The notes beneath the pieces were generated by a model. The model saw only the letters and a program-made list of their open reading frames with translations. It was not told the origin of the DNA and did not search any database. A program made the position numbers and the translations under genes. A DNA stretch of 64,000 bases from Yuukianura sp. NJ FZ-2021. Its lineage: Eukaryota. Location of the stretch: assembly GCA_046563655.1 (NCBI GenBank), contig CM102289.1, forward strand, positions 9,052,001 to 9,116,000, given 5' to 3'. The first letter of the stretch is position 1, and each line of letters starts with the position of its first letter. Positions 35,705 to 55,898 of the stretch are shown here, piece after piece.

Positions 35705-38700
35705 ATGAGTGCGGATGAAGTTGCAGAGTTGGCAGAAGCTATTCATTCCCACGCTGATGCACTTTACGAATCTTGGACAAAGGGGTCAAAGGTCAATCGG
35801 CCCAGAAGTCACTCTTCGACTGACTTTGAACATGGAATGAAAGACACTTTGGAATTGTTGGCCCATCCAGAACTCACTCCCACCCTTGAACATTTAGTGT
35901 CCAACTTTGTGCGGCAAGACAAAGCCAAGAGACTTCAAGGGCCCCCATCTCCACTTCAAGGGCCCCCCTCCTCCGTCGTCATGAGCAGTGCCGTCAAACC
36001 GAGTGTTTTGATTGGTCGAGGGAGAAGTGCTAGTCCAAAGCTTATGGATGGGGATGACCCCTACGGTGGGGGGTCACCTCAAGGTCAAAGGTCAAAGGCC
36101 CTTCCGAAGAGCATTTTAGAAGTTGTGCAGCGATTTGAAGCGCCACAAGTCGAACGAAGATCTCCGAGTCGTGTGCCGTCGCCATCACAATTGAACGCTC
36201 TGATTGGTGTAGGCCCGGTGACGTCAAAATCCATTCACGAAAAACTTTATGGAGTTCAGCGCCATATTCCAATAGTAGCAGAAGCGGGAAATTCAAAAAG
36301 TTCAAAAAAAGAACAAAATCCACAACTCATCCCGACGCTCCACTTCCAAAAAATTACTCCACCTCAGATATTTGCCAATAGTCAACTTGCAAGTACTGGC
36401 AGTACTCAATTGGGAAATACTGGCAGTACTTCTGGAAAAGAACACCGGATACCAATTGTCCAGAAAAATGATGACGAAGTTGATGCTGGCCCAGCATCTT
36501 CCAGCATCAGTCCAGCATTTTACGACCAAAACCAAACTAGTCAACTCCCGACAAACAATATTCACATCATCAATGTCAATATGAACGCGCCTCCAGCGCG
36601 GGAAAAACTTTTAAACAAAAGCCCGGGCATCCAAGCCCTGGAAAAAGAGGAGGAGCGACTGTTCGAAGCTCTGCGGACAGGTCAAGTTATACGAGAACAA
36701 GAATCGACCAATCAAAAAGCAGCTTTTCAGCGCAGGTCACCTGACACTGACATTTTAAACAACAATTCAAGAGTTGCTTTTGCCAAAGAACGGATTAGAC
36801 AAAGTCAAGAACATCCGTTGACTCAGCAGCGATTGGAACTCCAGAAAAGACTTCCAGCACCTTCGAGCAATTTAGCTGCAGCGATTGCGCTGCAACAAGG
36901 AAAAGACAAGTTTAAGCAAAACGGAGACACTAATGTTTCAAATCCTCCCGCTACTCGTCACCATCACATTCGAATTGAGCGGGAAAATTATGGAAATGGG
37001 GGACGGCATGCTTGGGCAAATCTTCAAAGATTGAATGGCGGAGTCAGTTCGGCAAGCGTTGCTGACCGGGTTCAACTTTTTGAAAAATATCCTGCTCATA
37101 TTGTAACTAACGGCACGAGTCATGCGCCACCTCATCAGAATACGACGAGTCCTGCACATCAACACACTCACCACCAAAACTTTGAAAAGCCAGTGATTTC
37201 TCAAAATCATGCTCCGCCGTCATACCAAAGTGGTTCTACGCATGTGCCAAAGGAAATCACGCATCCAATCAGGAAGCTTGAAACGCACTACCATAATTCT
37301 ACCGTAATTGGTCCAATAGGAGACCCACCAAAATACGAATCCCACGTTCATAAAATTAATTCTGAGGCGCCAAAATACGAACCACCAGAATATGGAAAAC
37401 GACAAACGCAAATTATTTCAAACATTTCAAATAATTCACCCAGTCATTTCAAAAATTCACTTCAAACTCAGCAGGTTACACAGCATAAACTTTTCTTTTC
37501 AAAAATTTTTTTTATTTTTTTTCAAATCTCTCTTTTTTTTGTGTGACGTGTTGAGGTCAATTAAGTTTAACTTCAAACGATTCTACTGTAAAAGACGGTG
37601 TGACTTTTATGATTAACTTTTAAGTTTTTATCTCTCCGACACACATTTATCCTGGAAATTTTTAATCAGTCAAACCTTTGACCAGGTTGGATAAAAAAAA
37701 TTGAGTGCAAATATTTAATTCATGAAAAAGACAATTGAAAATTTCTAATCAAAATGCGATTGAATGGTCCTTTCTGTGATTCAATTTGAAAAATTTCGGT
37801 GTACTTTTGTAGTTTTAATTCAATTTAGGGCATGACTCAGTCAGTATGCAGAGGAATCAGTTTTTAGCATTTTTACAGGAATTGATTTGTGTTAAACGTG
37901 TAAATGTGAAGGTGACTCCTTAAAAATTTTTACAACTTAGGAAAATTTTTTACACCTATTGTAGATTTTGCACAGTTTTACAGGTTTTGCATAATTTTGC
38001 AAGTTTTGAGCAAAAATTTGTGTAGGTTGATGAGGATGGGGTGTAATAATGGGTGTTAATTTTCATAAAATAATTAGTATAAGTGCAGTTTAAAGTTTGT
38101 ATTTATTCAAAAATTGATTTATGTTTTTACAGCCCGATTTTTTGACTTCTAAGCATGGTCGAAGCCCCACCTCTTTGGAGAATTTGCGAAGGAGTAACAA
38201 GGAGTCAGTGCCAAGGTTTTACTGGCCAGAAGGAAAGCCTCCGCCTACAGCCTACATCCAACAGACATTAGCCAAGGCCGAGGCGGAATTTTCAAAATTT
38301 CATGCATCAACTACGGCCACGACGAGTCTAAATTACGAAGAATTTGGCAAAGTAAGGCAACTATTTCACACTTTACTTTGTGATGATGATGTAACTTACA
38401 TGATGATGTAATGCAAATGAGGAAAAAGACAAGAACTGCTGTAAAATCAGTTATGTTTATTTATGCTTTTAGTTTCTGCAAAGTCTGGGGATTAGTCTAT
38501 ACTGGAAAAAGCCGTTTTGGACAGCCCTGGGCCTTGTGCCTTCATCTACACTTCAACTGGAGCCCTTCAAGGGCTTCTACCGAACCCTTATTTCACAGTG
38601 TCCAGATGAAGCCTCGAGGTTCATGCGTATTTTATGGACAGCCAGAACTGTACTTACGGCAAATGAAGGCGATTTGTCAACATTCCCTTGCGGAAAAGCT

Positions 38701-40420
38701 TTGGACACGTTTCCAATTGAATTCAAAAAAATTGAACTCCAAATGGCCGATTTCGTTCCTATGATTCAAGATATTATCGATACACATCCAGGTAGAACAA
38801 AAAACTTCAAAAAAACGAAAAAAAAAAGTTTGAATTTCATTCTACTTTTCGAAAAATGTTGAGTTTTTTTTTTAATTTTAGGTCTGGGATTTCTCCGGGA
38901 AGCACCAGAGTTCCACAGTCGTTATGTCACTACCGTAATTTCTAGAATTTTCTATAAGGTGAGCTCATCGATAGCTAAAAAAGTTGATGACAGTTTTCCA
39001 AAATTTTTCAAAATTTTGAATCTTTTAAAATTTCGTTGTTGCAGGTAAACCGTTCATGGTCCGGTCGACTAACGTTGACGGAAGTGCGGCGTTCGAATCT
39101 CCTGCGGGTGATGAAACGACTGGAAGAAGAGACTGACGTTAACGCCATCACTGACTACTTTTCCTACGAGCATTTCTATGTCATCTACTGCAAGTTCTGG
39201 GAACTCGACAAGGACCATGACCTACTCATTGACAAAATTGACCTCTCCAGACACAATGACCAAGGTAACACAAAAGGTCACGAAAGGTCATATAAAAGTC
39301 ATCTAAAAGTCACAAAGGTCACTAAAAGTCACTCACTTCATTTGACTTAATTTCAGCCCTGTCATCACTCATAGTGGACCGCATTTTCAGTGGAACTGTG
39401 CTGCGCGGGTGGGACATCAACTCAACAACAAAATGTCCAACAGGAAAAATGACCTACAGCGACTTTGTCTGGTTCATTATTTCCGAAGAGGACAAGAAGG
39501 ATCCCACGGCAATTGGTAAGCTAGAATTTCAAAATTTCTCAAAAAACTTTTTTTGAAAAGCTTTTTTTTAAACCTTTTTTTTTGAAATTTTCAGAATACT
39601 GGTTCCGGTGCCTTGATCTCGATGGTGACGGGATCCTTAGTCCTTACGAACTCCAATATTTTTACAGAGAACAAGAAGCCAGAATCATCGCCCTAGGAAT
39701 TGAACCCCTCGAATTCTCAAACATTTTCTGTCAAATGGTTGACATGCTCCGATGTTCTTCCAAAGGTAAGCTCAAAATTTGAAATTTGCTAAATTTTTGT
39801 GAAATTTTAATCAAAATTTGCTGGTTTTTCTAGGTGTTAGACTCAAAGATCTTAAGAAGAATCCGCAACTGGCTGCCACATTTTTCAATACTTTGTTTAA
39901 TCTGGACAAGTACTTGGACCATGAGCAGAGAGATCCATTTGCTTCCAGCAGCAGCGGAATCCTGGGTATCGAAATCCCGGATAACGGAGAAACTGACTGG
40001 GATCGATTTGCTGCCACTGAATACGAACTACTCATCGCAGAAGAATCTCCAAGTGACCACATGTAAGTGTCAATTAATGTAATATAATTTCATTAATACA
40101 TTATTAATAATAGATATTTTGCGTTAAAAATCATTTATAGAAAGTATAGATAGAGTATATAAGGAAGTATAGATAGTGTATTAGTATAAGAAGAAATTTT
40201 AAGTATTCCTGTGACAGCTAGATTTCATCAAGCAGAAATTTATTAGGTATTCCTGTAACTTAAATTCTATAATTGATTTAAAACGCAAACTCTCTATTAT
40301 TATTATATTATTTTAATATACTAATACATTTTAGTATAGTGTATTAACTTATTCATTAATTAACATTTTAATTTTTACAGTCACAACGACAGTTCCGACT
40401 TTGAGGAACTGCCATCCTGA
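35705..40420 (+). CDS. PPP2R3: PP2A regulatory subunit B'' (PR72/PR130 family); exons 35705-37474, 38133-38351, 38473-38791, 38882-38958, 39045-39264, 39357-39515, 39595-39765, 39834-40062, 40381-40420
   Basis: [86 protein letters not shown] (EF hand), [14 protein letters not shown]. Confidence 0.93.
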
Positions 40421-40722
40421 GCCACACGGGTCATATTACTCCCACCGAGTAAAATCTAATCAAAATCTAGTTTTCAAAATACGCCAAAAAAGTGAACACT
40501 TTTGTCAAAATAGTTTAAAAATTTCACAAAAAAAAAGTTAGTTAATTAGAGTATTTATACAAACAAATTTTTGCATGTCAACTTTGGTTGGATGAAATTG
40601 GTTGTTATTGTTCAAAGTAAAAGTGAAATTTAATTAAGGAAAACTTTTCATTACTTAAAAATTAAAAGCAGAAAAAACTTTTCAAAATTTTCAAAATTTC
40701 TATTTAGTTAATACTCATTCAG

Positions 40723-43700
40723 TTAACGTGGTCGACCACCACTCATGGCAGACCTTCTGCCCAGGCTGCCACCAAGAGCATAGCTGTCTCCACGTGGAAC
40801 TTGTGGAAACATGCGCTTTTGGAGGTATCTCTCGTAAGCATACAGCGATCGTCGCTTAACAGGTGACGCTGTCCAGTCAATCGCTCGAATGTTCATTTCA
40901 GACATGGCTCCAACCAGCGTCTTCTGATTCATGTGCATTTGGTAGTACAGTCTTTTGGACTCCAGCAGTTGATGATGTGTCCCTGTCTCCACAATGTAGC
41001 CATCTTGTAAAACTATGATGAAATCGGCTTTTTTGACTAACGAAATCCTCTCGGTGGCAACAACTTTGGTTCGATTGTGGCCACAGAAGGCGATGGCTTG
41101 CTGGAACATAGCGTCTTCTTCTTCGTTTAGTGATGTCGTGTGGCCATCGATAAAAATTACTTTGGGATTTCGAATCAGCGCACGCGCAATGATCAGACGC
41201 TGAAGCAACCCACACATCCGATCGTCGTAGCCAAGTGACGAGGCCAGGGTGTCGTAACCCTGGCAACAAATCAGAGTTTAGTAATTGACATTAGTTAATT
41301 AACTTAACTTGGTTGTTGATTAACTTACTTGAGGAAGTCTGATGATGATGTCATGGATTTTTACATCAACGGCGACCTTGACGATTTGCTCAATCGTGAT
41401 TTTATCAGCATCTAATCCGTACACAATGTTTTCTTTTATGCTCAAATCAAAAATTGTCGGACTTTCTTCAAAAAATGCAGTTTCGGCTCGAAATGTTTTC
41501 AAATCCATGGAGAAAATATCAAATTTGTCAAAGAGCTGGAAAAAATAAAATTGAAATAAAAAAGAAACGGTTTTCAAAATTTTGAAATTGAAAATTTTTA
41601 AAACTGACGATGGATCCGCTTGTTGGTTTGTAAAATCGCGCCAGAATGTTGATGAGCATGGAACTGCCAGAATCCGGACCAACGCCGACAATTCCCAAAA
41701 ATCCTTTGGGTTTGACCTCAAAATTGATGTCGTTGAGAGAAATGGGATTTTCTGCACATTGGTAACACAAGTTTTCCACTACAATCGTCGGTACATCAGC
41801 AATTGTTGGCTAAAATTGAAATTTCAGAATTCAAATTTTGAAAAAAATGAAATCGAAATTTAATTTTAAATTTAATTCTGTTATTTTGCCTTGGTCAATT
41901 GAGACAGCCTGGTGGGAGCTTCTTTGATGGTCAGTATTTGTCTAATTTTTGTTGCAGCAGCACGAGCTGACGATGAATTTGGAAACATGCTGAGACCCAT
42001 TCCTGAAAAAAATCAAAATTTCAGAAAAATTACAAAAAATTTTCATGAGATTGAAAAAAATTAACAAAAAAATTTATACCAGCTAGAACCTGATTCCGAA
42101 TGAGTAGCTCCGTAAACCTTTATTAGCCAAGACAAACAGAAGAAAAAATTAGACAATAATGTAATAATTTTTAATGAATAATATAATATATTTTATTCGT
42201 TTCTTATTACACATTGTCCTTACAAAACAAGGTGCCAAGTATTGGTGGCAACGTTGCCAGTTTTAATGTTGTCTAAAGTTCGGCCAGCAATGGCGGCGTA
42301 CATGACATATGGAAATACTCGGCTCAATCCGAAAATCGCATTCCGGTAAATGTTTTCCCAAAAAATTTTTCTAAAAAAAAAATTAGAAAAAATTTACATA
42401 AAATTTTCCTTAGTGTTCATTTTTTTTTTTTGAAAAATTGTCCAACCTTTCAGCTATTTTCAACTGTTCAGTCATTTGTGCTAAAAAATGTTCTTCCAGT
42501 CCAAGCGTAATGACTGTTCTTATGTTCAACACAGCATCAGCTCCAGTCTAGTAATCCAGTACATTATGAAAAATCTAAATAACTTCAAAATTTCATAAAA
42601 TTTTAAACTTTTGAAATTTCTTACTTCAGCAACTTGAGCCAGCATCGTATCTAGTCTAGTGTTCCATGAAATCTGTGACCTGCCATCCAAGTACAGCACA
42701 AGTATGTACACGAAGGACAGCGGAATTAAGATGCTGGCAAATACTGCCAATCCATGCGAATTCTTGTCAGTAGCGGCGTAGTAAATAACTACTATGACTG
42801 AAGACATGAATTGAGTCAATCCTTGACTCAGCACACCAAAAGACACCATCAATGTCTACACTCAAAAAAATTAAAATTTTGAAATTTATTTTTTTTAATT
42901 TTTCGAAAAACTGTTACGTTTTCAATAGCGACGGTATCAATAGACAGACGTTGACACAGAATGCTGATGTCGTTTTCTGGAAGGTCAAACCACTCCAGAT
43001 CCTGCGCTAACATTTTTCTGAACAATTTGACCTTGAGCATGGCCGTTAGTTTGTAACATCCGCATGTAAATAGAGCCGTCTAGCACAAAACTTCAAAATT
43101 TAGCACATTTTTCGAAATTTTGGAAGATTTTTTTTGAAAATTTACCTGAGCAACTGCTAAAATGCCGGCAGTGGTGCCAGCGATAATGAAATTTCGAATA
43201 CTCGGGGTAGGACTCTGGGAAGTTTTCAGTATTCCGGAATGCGTTGTTTCCTGTAGTGATAAAAACAAATTTTCAAAAAACTTCAAAATTTTGAATTTTT
43301 TTTAAAAACATTACCTCGTAGAAGGTTCCGTAAACACTGTAACTAAATGTTGAACAGAAACCGAGAGATCCGGAAATTATAACTGCGAGTACCGGAATCC
43401 ACCAGGCGTGAAATCCAACGACGAAAATATCTTTCCAAGACCTTGCAGGAGCATCATCATCCTAAATTCAACATTTTTTGAAAAATCAAAATTTTCAACA
43501 AATGTAAAATTTTCCAAAATCTTACCAAACTTTCTAAAATAGTTTCGTACTCCTCCCAAAAAGCACCGTATCGGTCCGTTTCTGATTGGATACTCAAAGT
43601 GTCCGGATCCGGATCGTCATCCCGCTCATCCATACTTTGTTCGCTCTGCAGAGATGTTCTTGAAAAGAATCGACTTCGAAAATGCTGGGCAGCATCTCGT

Positions 43701-46700
43701 ATTGCGGGAGCATATGCTTCGCCAGCATTTTCTAGAGTGTCCGAATCACGGATGGCTGGAAGATCGGGTTTCCGTTTATTGGAATTTTGCTTTCTTTTCA
43801 GTTGAGTAACACGGCGCTGCAGAATCGCCAGTCCTACGTTTTTTTAAAATTATCATAATTTGATTTCCAAAATTTTGAAATTTTGAAATTCAATGACTGT
43901 TTACGTTACGAACCCCCAATATTTTTGGCTTTCTTCACCCCTTTGTCTCCGTCTCGTAGATTATCTTAAAAAAAGTACAATTTTTTCTTAAAGTTTTTTT
44001 TTTTGAAAAATTGTTTATATTTTATGAAATTATGAAACTAATTTATTTTTACAAGCTTGTGTGTCCCTCCGGGCGTAGTGGAAAGTGTTAAATCCTCCAA
44101 GGACGTACGGAGTGACTCGTGTTTTTCGTTGGTAATCGTACAAACCCTAAGTTAATTAAATTTTTGATTAATTGAAATTAAAAAGTAATTTAAGTTTTTA
44201 GTAATGTTGAACTTACACTGTCTTCATGTTTTCCAGATTTAGTCAAATCGATGTCCGAATCAATGTCGGAAGCGGCATCTGCATCTCGGTATTTCTTCTC
44301 ATCTCGGTTCTTCTTATCCAGCTTCCATTTTCGTAATGTTTTGGCAAAATTGTAAGATTTTAGTTGAGAAGTTAGTCGTAGCTTCCGTTCAGCTGAAAGT
44401 GACAATTCCAGCAGTTAATTGTCATCGTAATTAAGTTAATTATTAATTAAGTTATCTTGATATTGGAACTTGGAGTACCTGGAATTCCAGCGTCAATTCC
44501 ATTTTCCATCATGGAGTACAGGCCATCAGTTTCCATTAGAAAGGCGTGGCTTCCTTCTTGTAGAATCTACAATAAATAAAATTAAACGGAAATTAAATAT
44601 ATACGTAACCATACTAATGAGAGCATGTAATTCCGATGGAGGTGCAATTTTTGAATAATTTGAGTATCCCAACTTCAAGTGCTTGGGTTTTGAAATTTCC
44701 CAAGAGTGCCCCAATGCCCCACCAAAACGTGATCCCACCATTCGCGGAAACATTTTGGTGTAAGCTCTAGGCGGCAGAAGCTCTTGGGCAAAAATTGCAC
44801 AATTGGATTTTGGATTTGAAATTTCGGATTTTTACGCATTTCTGTTCATTCTCTTTTCGAGAATAGACAAAAATTTGCAAAAATAACATTTTATGTACTT
44901 TTTAGTAAAAGAATGAACGGGTTTGGGCGGAGCTCCACCACACTATGAGCAACATGCTAGTAAAACATAAGTAGAGAAAAATGTCCCTACCTGTCCTCTG
45001 TCCATGACGTAAATTCGGTCACTTTGTCGGACAATGGAATTGATATCACTTGCAGTGACTACGACAGTCGTATTTTGTCTAACTTGATTAATGACTGAAA
45101 GTAAAAATTCTTCATAGTCTTGGTCAGCTTCGCTAACAGGATCGTCTAGAAGTAGGACTTTCGGCTTTTGCAAAAAAGCTCGCGCAAGTGCTATGCGTCT
45201 GCGTTGAGCCAGTCGCAGTAGTTTTCCGTGTTGGCCAACAACAGTTTTGTAGCCCTAGATTTGAAACAAATGTTTTTAAAAAAAACTTCAAATTGGATTT
45301 TTGTAAAAGTTACTAGCCTGAGGAAGTAGCAAAATCTCGTCGTGAACTCCCGCCATTTTGCATGCACCTTCAACTTCAGCTTGCGTCGCTTCCCAATTTG
45401 CATACCGCACATTCTCGTCTACGCTTTTGTTAAAAAGACTGCAAAATTTTGAAGGATAAATAAATTTTAAAAAAAATCATTAAAATTACGAAATTAGCGA
45501 TTGAAGGAATCTCACATTGGTTTTTGTGTGACATGGCCAATTTGGGATCTCAACCAACCAACATTCAGCGCTTCGATGTGACGACCATCAAAGTAAACCT
45601 AAAGTTTTAGGCACCATTACTGAAAATAATCAAGTATTTGAGCGGGAAATTCAAAAATTTAAAAATTACAGAGCCGTCTGTCGGATCGTAAAGTCTGTGC
45701 ATTAGTCTTAAAATGGTGCTCTTGCCACAACCGCTGTCTCCTAAAATGGTAACCTGAAATTAAAAATAAATTCAAACTTGGCGCTTTTTAAAAATACAAT
45801 TTGAATTTCGTGTCTAACGGCGCACAAGTTGTCCAAGTTGAACCGTTAAGCTGACATTCTTGAGAGCGTTGACGTACATTTTCCTGGGATACCGGAACGT
45901 AACATTTTCAAATTCAATTTTCCCAACAGCTTTCGCGCCAGGAATTTCCCCATGCGTTGACATGTTGTCAATTCGCGGTTTCCTGGATTAAAAAAACAAC
46001 AACAATAAAAACGATTTTTTTTTATGAAAAAACGTTTTTTTAATCGATCAATTTTACCAATCAATCATAAAGAAAACGTCGGCAGCTATTTTTTTGGTTT
46101 CAGCGATTATGGCAATGATGTTGAACGTCTCCGTGATGTGAATAGTCGCCAGTACAACACACAGGAAAATCTAATTCAAAAAATACCGCGTGATTCAAAA
46201 TCTCCTTCATTTTCCATCCAAATCTCTAACAGTCCCAATTGGGGCAATATGAGACTGAAATATTAATGTGCATACGACAAACAATGCTCCGCCACCACGA
46301 ATATTTAGGAGTGGATACGTAATGTTTTCGACGACACCTCTTCGGTCACATCCCTGTTCCAGAAAGTCCGTGGATATCATTCGACGTCCGAAGTACAAGG
46401 ACAAGCAGGCTACGTAGTGATACACCGACCAGAGCAAGAAGACGCAAATGCCGGAGTAGCAAGCATACTTCCACAGTATCCGAGCTTCTCGAAGAATCAA
46501 ACCGTAACGGCCACATTCATACTCTTCAGTACTGAACAACTTGACAGCCTTGATGTTTGATAAAACTTGTTCAGCATAACTTTCAGTCGTGTCACTCAGC
46601 TGATCTTCGGCCTTTGTTTCTTGTTTTTCAAAGTGCAGCGCCAACCGTCCAGCTCCGGCCATGAACGGAGTCAGAGTGGCGAAGGTGACGAGCGTGACAA

Positions 46701-47921
46701 GCCAATTGATTGAAAATGCTGTGTACAACAGGCAAGGTACCACCACAATTGCAAAGACGAAGTACCCTACACGTCCTCCAAGGCCGTTTCTGATTATGGT
46801 CACATCACTAACATGATCAAAATACGTTAAGTTGACGTCGGTCGTAAGATATAGTAATGCATGGCATGAGTTGTGGCTACTCACTGGGTCATGTGTCGTC
46901 CGAACTCTCTTTGGATGTAGTTGTCCAGCCATGCCATGTCCTTGCGCAGAATGGATTCAAAGTAGGACAAACGTATCCTAATCGTCTTTGTCCAAAAAAA
47001 TCAAACGTAATATTAACGTCAACGTCAAACTAATACGTAACATATTACGTTATCCAAATGCTGGGCAGTTACGAACTTGATTCTCCGCAGCCAATGAAAA
47101 TGCTCCGGTTGTTACTGCGCTGGTGACAAAAAGGATAACTACAAAAGATATTCAGATATTCATGTACATTAACGACTCATGACAGTAATTGCATCAATTA
47201 TAAAATTTAGGTAAAATGATGGCGGGTACCACATAACACCAAAGCGTGGAGCCATAAATTAGTTCTGACGTGATGAGGCGCAGTGTTATACGACGAAGAA
47301 TTGAAACCAATCCTGTAAGGAATTCAAACGCAAACTTGGAAAGTTTTCAGGATTTTCGAAATGTTTTCTTGAAGAATCAACGGAAATGTGAAGTTACATG
47401 GACCGATTCCTTTCCATTGCTTCATTTCTGCAGTACTGATTATCCAGCATGACCTCAACCCACTTCCCGATCCTTCAAATTCGGTTAAAATTAAGTGTTA
47501 GTTTAATTAATAATTTAAGATTTACTGAAAACTAGTTACGCGCAAATTGTAGTTGGCAGAATAAGAGCCCACAGGATGGCACACACTACGCCGATGCCCA
47601 TCAGCACAAAATCCTTCAGCGTCGCGTAGCGAAACATGGCGAAGTAGCCCAACTCCTTTTGTTTCAGCGCCATGTCCAGCGCTTTGTCTGCTTCCTTTTC
47701 TCTATAACCAAAACAGAAAAAAATATCAGCGATGTTCAAAAATTTTATCTTACGATGAGTTAATTTTTGTTTGTGGAATCTTACGGATCATATCTGGGGA
47801 GGTTGACTTCAATATGGCCGGCCCTGGAGTGACTCCCGATACTTCTGTCAATGTTGGCGGAAGCAGAGACTAATCCTCTGTATCTGCTAGCCGCTGCACG
47901 AGCACTTCGCTTTTTATCCAT
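40723..47921 (-). CDS. Full-length ABCB/P-glycoprotein-like transporter (TMD-NBD-linker-TMD-NBD, more than 20 exons) with degenerate ATPase motifs
   Basis: N-terminal GYFAMFRYAT..D..LM.IG, LRKDMAWLD, YAEQVLSNIKAV, NBD1 GDSGCGKST, ML.QDLEWFD.PEN, and NBD2 IARALIRNPKV...ETGTHHQLL. The exons I traced (not every junction) splice in frame. Confidence 0.85.
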
Positions 47922-48295
47922 AACTGCTGAAGTATCTTGGTCCTGGAACCCTAACCTTCACAGTCCAGCATATAAATTCCACAGTACTAAAAACATGGTG
48001 AATTTTATACACTAAAAGTGGAAGGCAGTATCACTGCATGGGGCCTTCTCGGTTTGATTATAAGCTAAATGGAGGAAAATTCAACTCAATTTGTTTGAAC
48101 TCTATTTGTTTGGTGTTGACAAAAAGTGTTCCGGTCACCTTAGAAAATAAACATTTGAGATTTTAAGAAAATTCGAGTGCTGGCTCTAATTTATTCCCAG
48201 GAAATAGTTTTTGCTGAGAACAAATTGAGTGTCTGATGGTGAGAGACTGGCACTTAAATTTATGAATCTTAATAAAAACTTGATCTCTGAAACGT

Positions 48296-49132
<837 letters not shown>

Positions 49133-49712
49133 GTTGACTCGTTAATTGATGCTGATTACTGGATCCTTTTGAGAGCAGTTAATCGACCGAAGTTGACCTG
49201 ATGATCAATCAGTTTGCGAGAAAGACAAGAACACGCCGGATGAATTTGGAAAATCTGCTAAAGTGGCCTGTGAATGTGATGAGACAAATCAGAAAGCTGT
49301 TTCTTCACAAAATTCCTAAATTCCCATGCTGTTATACATGAGACGTGGACAATTTTATGAAACGGTGCAAAGTGATACGTAGACAGTAAACACTCATAGA
49401 TGGCAAGGCATTGGCGAATCTGCAACAACGGTAGCCTGCGAATAAGTACGATTACCGATACATCGTCGATTAGTAATCGACAATTACTCTACAGATGATC
49501 CCCTGAAAGTATTGTTGCAGTAGAGTTGAAGCGTTTAGTGTCTATGTCAATTTCCTTTCCGAAAATTTTTCGGAAATCGAAAGTACAACACAAAACATTT
49601 TATTTCTTGAAATATAAAACCTTATACAATTTAAGCTAAACTACAAATAAGACATGTCCTCAAGCGTCACTTTTTATGTTTTACTGTTATGGTCACTAAT
49701 TAGAAAAGTTAA

Positions 49713-50090
49713 CTATGTACTAGTACTAGCATCAGTAATCTTCGTCCTACGAGGAACTTTTGGTTCATCGGGTAGACTGAAACCCATAAGCGATGCAGTT
49801 TCGCGAGTTGACCTTTCCCCGGCTCCTTTGTAAGACCGAATCAGTTCCATATGTCTCTTGGTACTTTTTAAATACTCCAAGTACGTTTCGCCTAATTGTT
49901 GAGCAGCAATCTTATGCATATCATTATTTGCAGTATTTTCCTGAACTCGAACATAATTTACAATTCCATTCCACAGTGGCTTATTGCATGTCTGTGACTG
50001 TTTTGAAACATCCGTAATCCGTAGAGCTCGGTAAAGGTTTCTCAGCAGTGTCAGCACTTCCGGTTTCGTTTTCAATCGTAACGTGTTCAT
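49713..50090 (-). CDS. FMC1: FMC1 homolog (LYR-motif ATP synthase assembly factor), single coding exon
   Basis: LRNLYRALR LYR-like motif and YL.YL.S...H.EL...Y.G.GERS..E.A.LMGF.LP signature. Confidence 0.88.
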   Translation of the reverse strand: MNTLRLKTKPEVLTLLRNLYRALRITDVSKQSQTCNKPLWNGIVNYVRVQENTANNDMHKIAAQQLGETYLEYLKSTKRHMELIRSYKGAGERSTRETASLMGFSLPDEPKVPRRTKITDASTST

Positions 50091-50858
50091 CGCTTCATAA
50101 ATCACAAAAGTCCCCAAATAATTTCCAATCTCCGTTTCGTCCCGCTTTCTAAAACGTATATCAAATAAATATTAGTGACAATGACAAACATATAACATAC
50201 TTCCGAAAACACAATGATTTCACTCTGGGTATAAGCATTTCGTATATTATTACCTTCTGCCCGTGATTAACCACCTTTAAATTCAATTATTAATCAGTGG
50301 CTTGCAGCTTCCTTCGTTGATTTCAGATTTAACATTGCATTTGCAGCAATTTCAAAAATAAAAAAAACTCAAACAGAAGGCTCACCATTCCTCAGAAACC
50401 TCGGAATCTGCGTTTGCCGCGTAGTGACATATCGGCTAACGGCTAAGATTACGTTTCCTTTACGTTTGTAAATTAAAACAATGAAAGCATGTCTGAAAAC
50501 AAATAATTTTTACTATAAACTCAAGATTTATAAACTGTGAGTGTTTGGGAATCCTAGTTAATTTCGACATGTAAGACAAAGAGTGTAAACATAAATAATA
50601 GACAGATCACTTTACCCACCCAGTGATTAACTCGAATTTCAACTTAACAATGGAAATTCTAAGCAACAAGAGTGCAATTAATTGTACAAGGTGGATAAGG
50701 GTTTTTCGAATTCATCAACAATTTCAACAGCAATAACCAGTTCAACTTGTTAGGTAGCCTCCTTCTTATAGTTAGGTAAGTACTCCCTAAAACTAATATT
50801 TCACACTAATTACACCGTAACTAGTAAACTAGTATGACATGAGATATTATGTTACAAG

Positions 50859-55898
<5,040 letters not shown>

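Noticed and set aside
44567..44991. Extra ABCB exons inside this intron (ORF 44526-44753)
   Set aside because: I found no in-frame splice path; a direct phase-0 join DRGQ|ILQEGSH restores the canonical NBD end.
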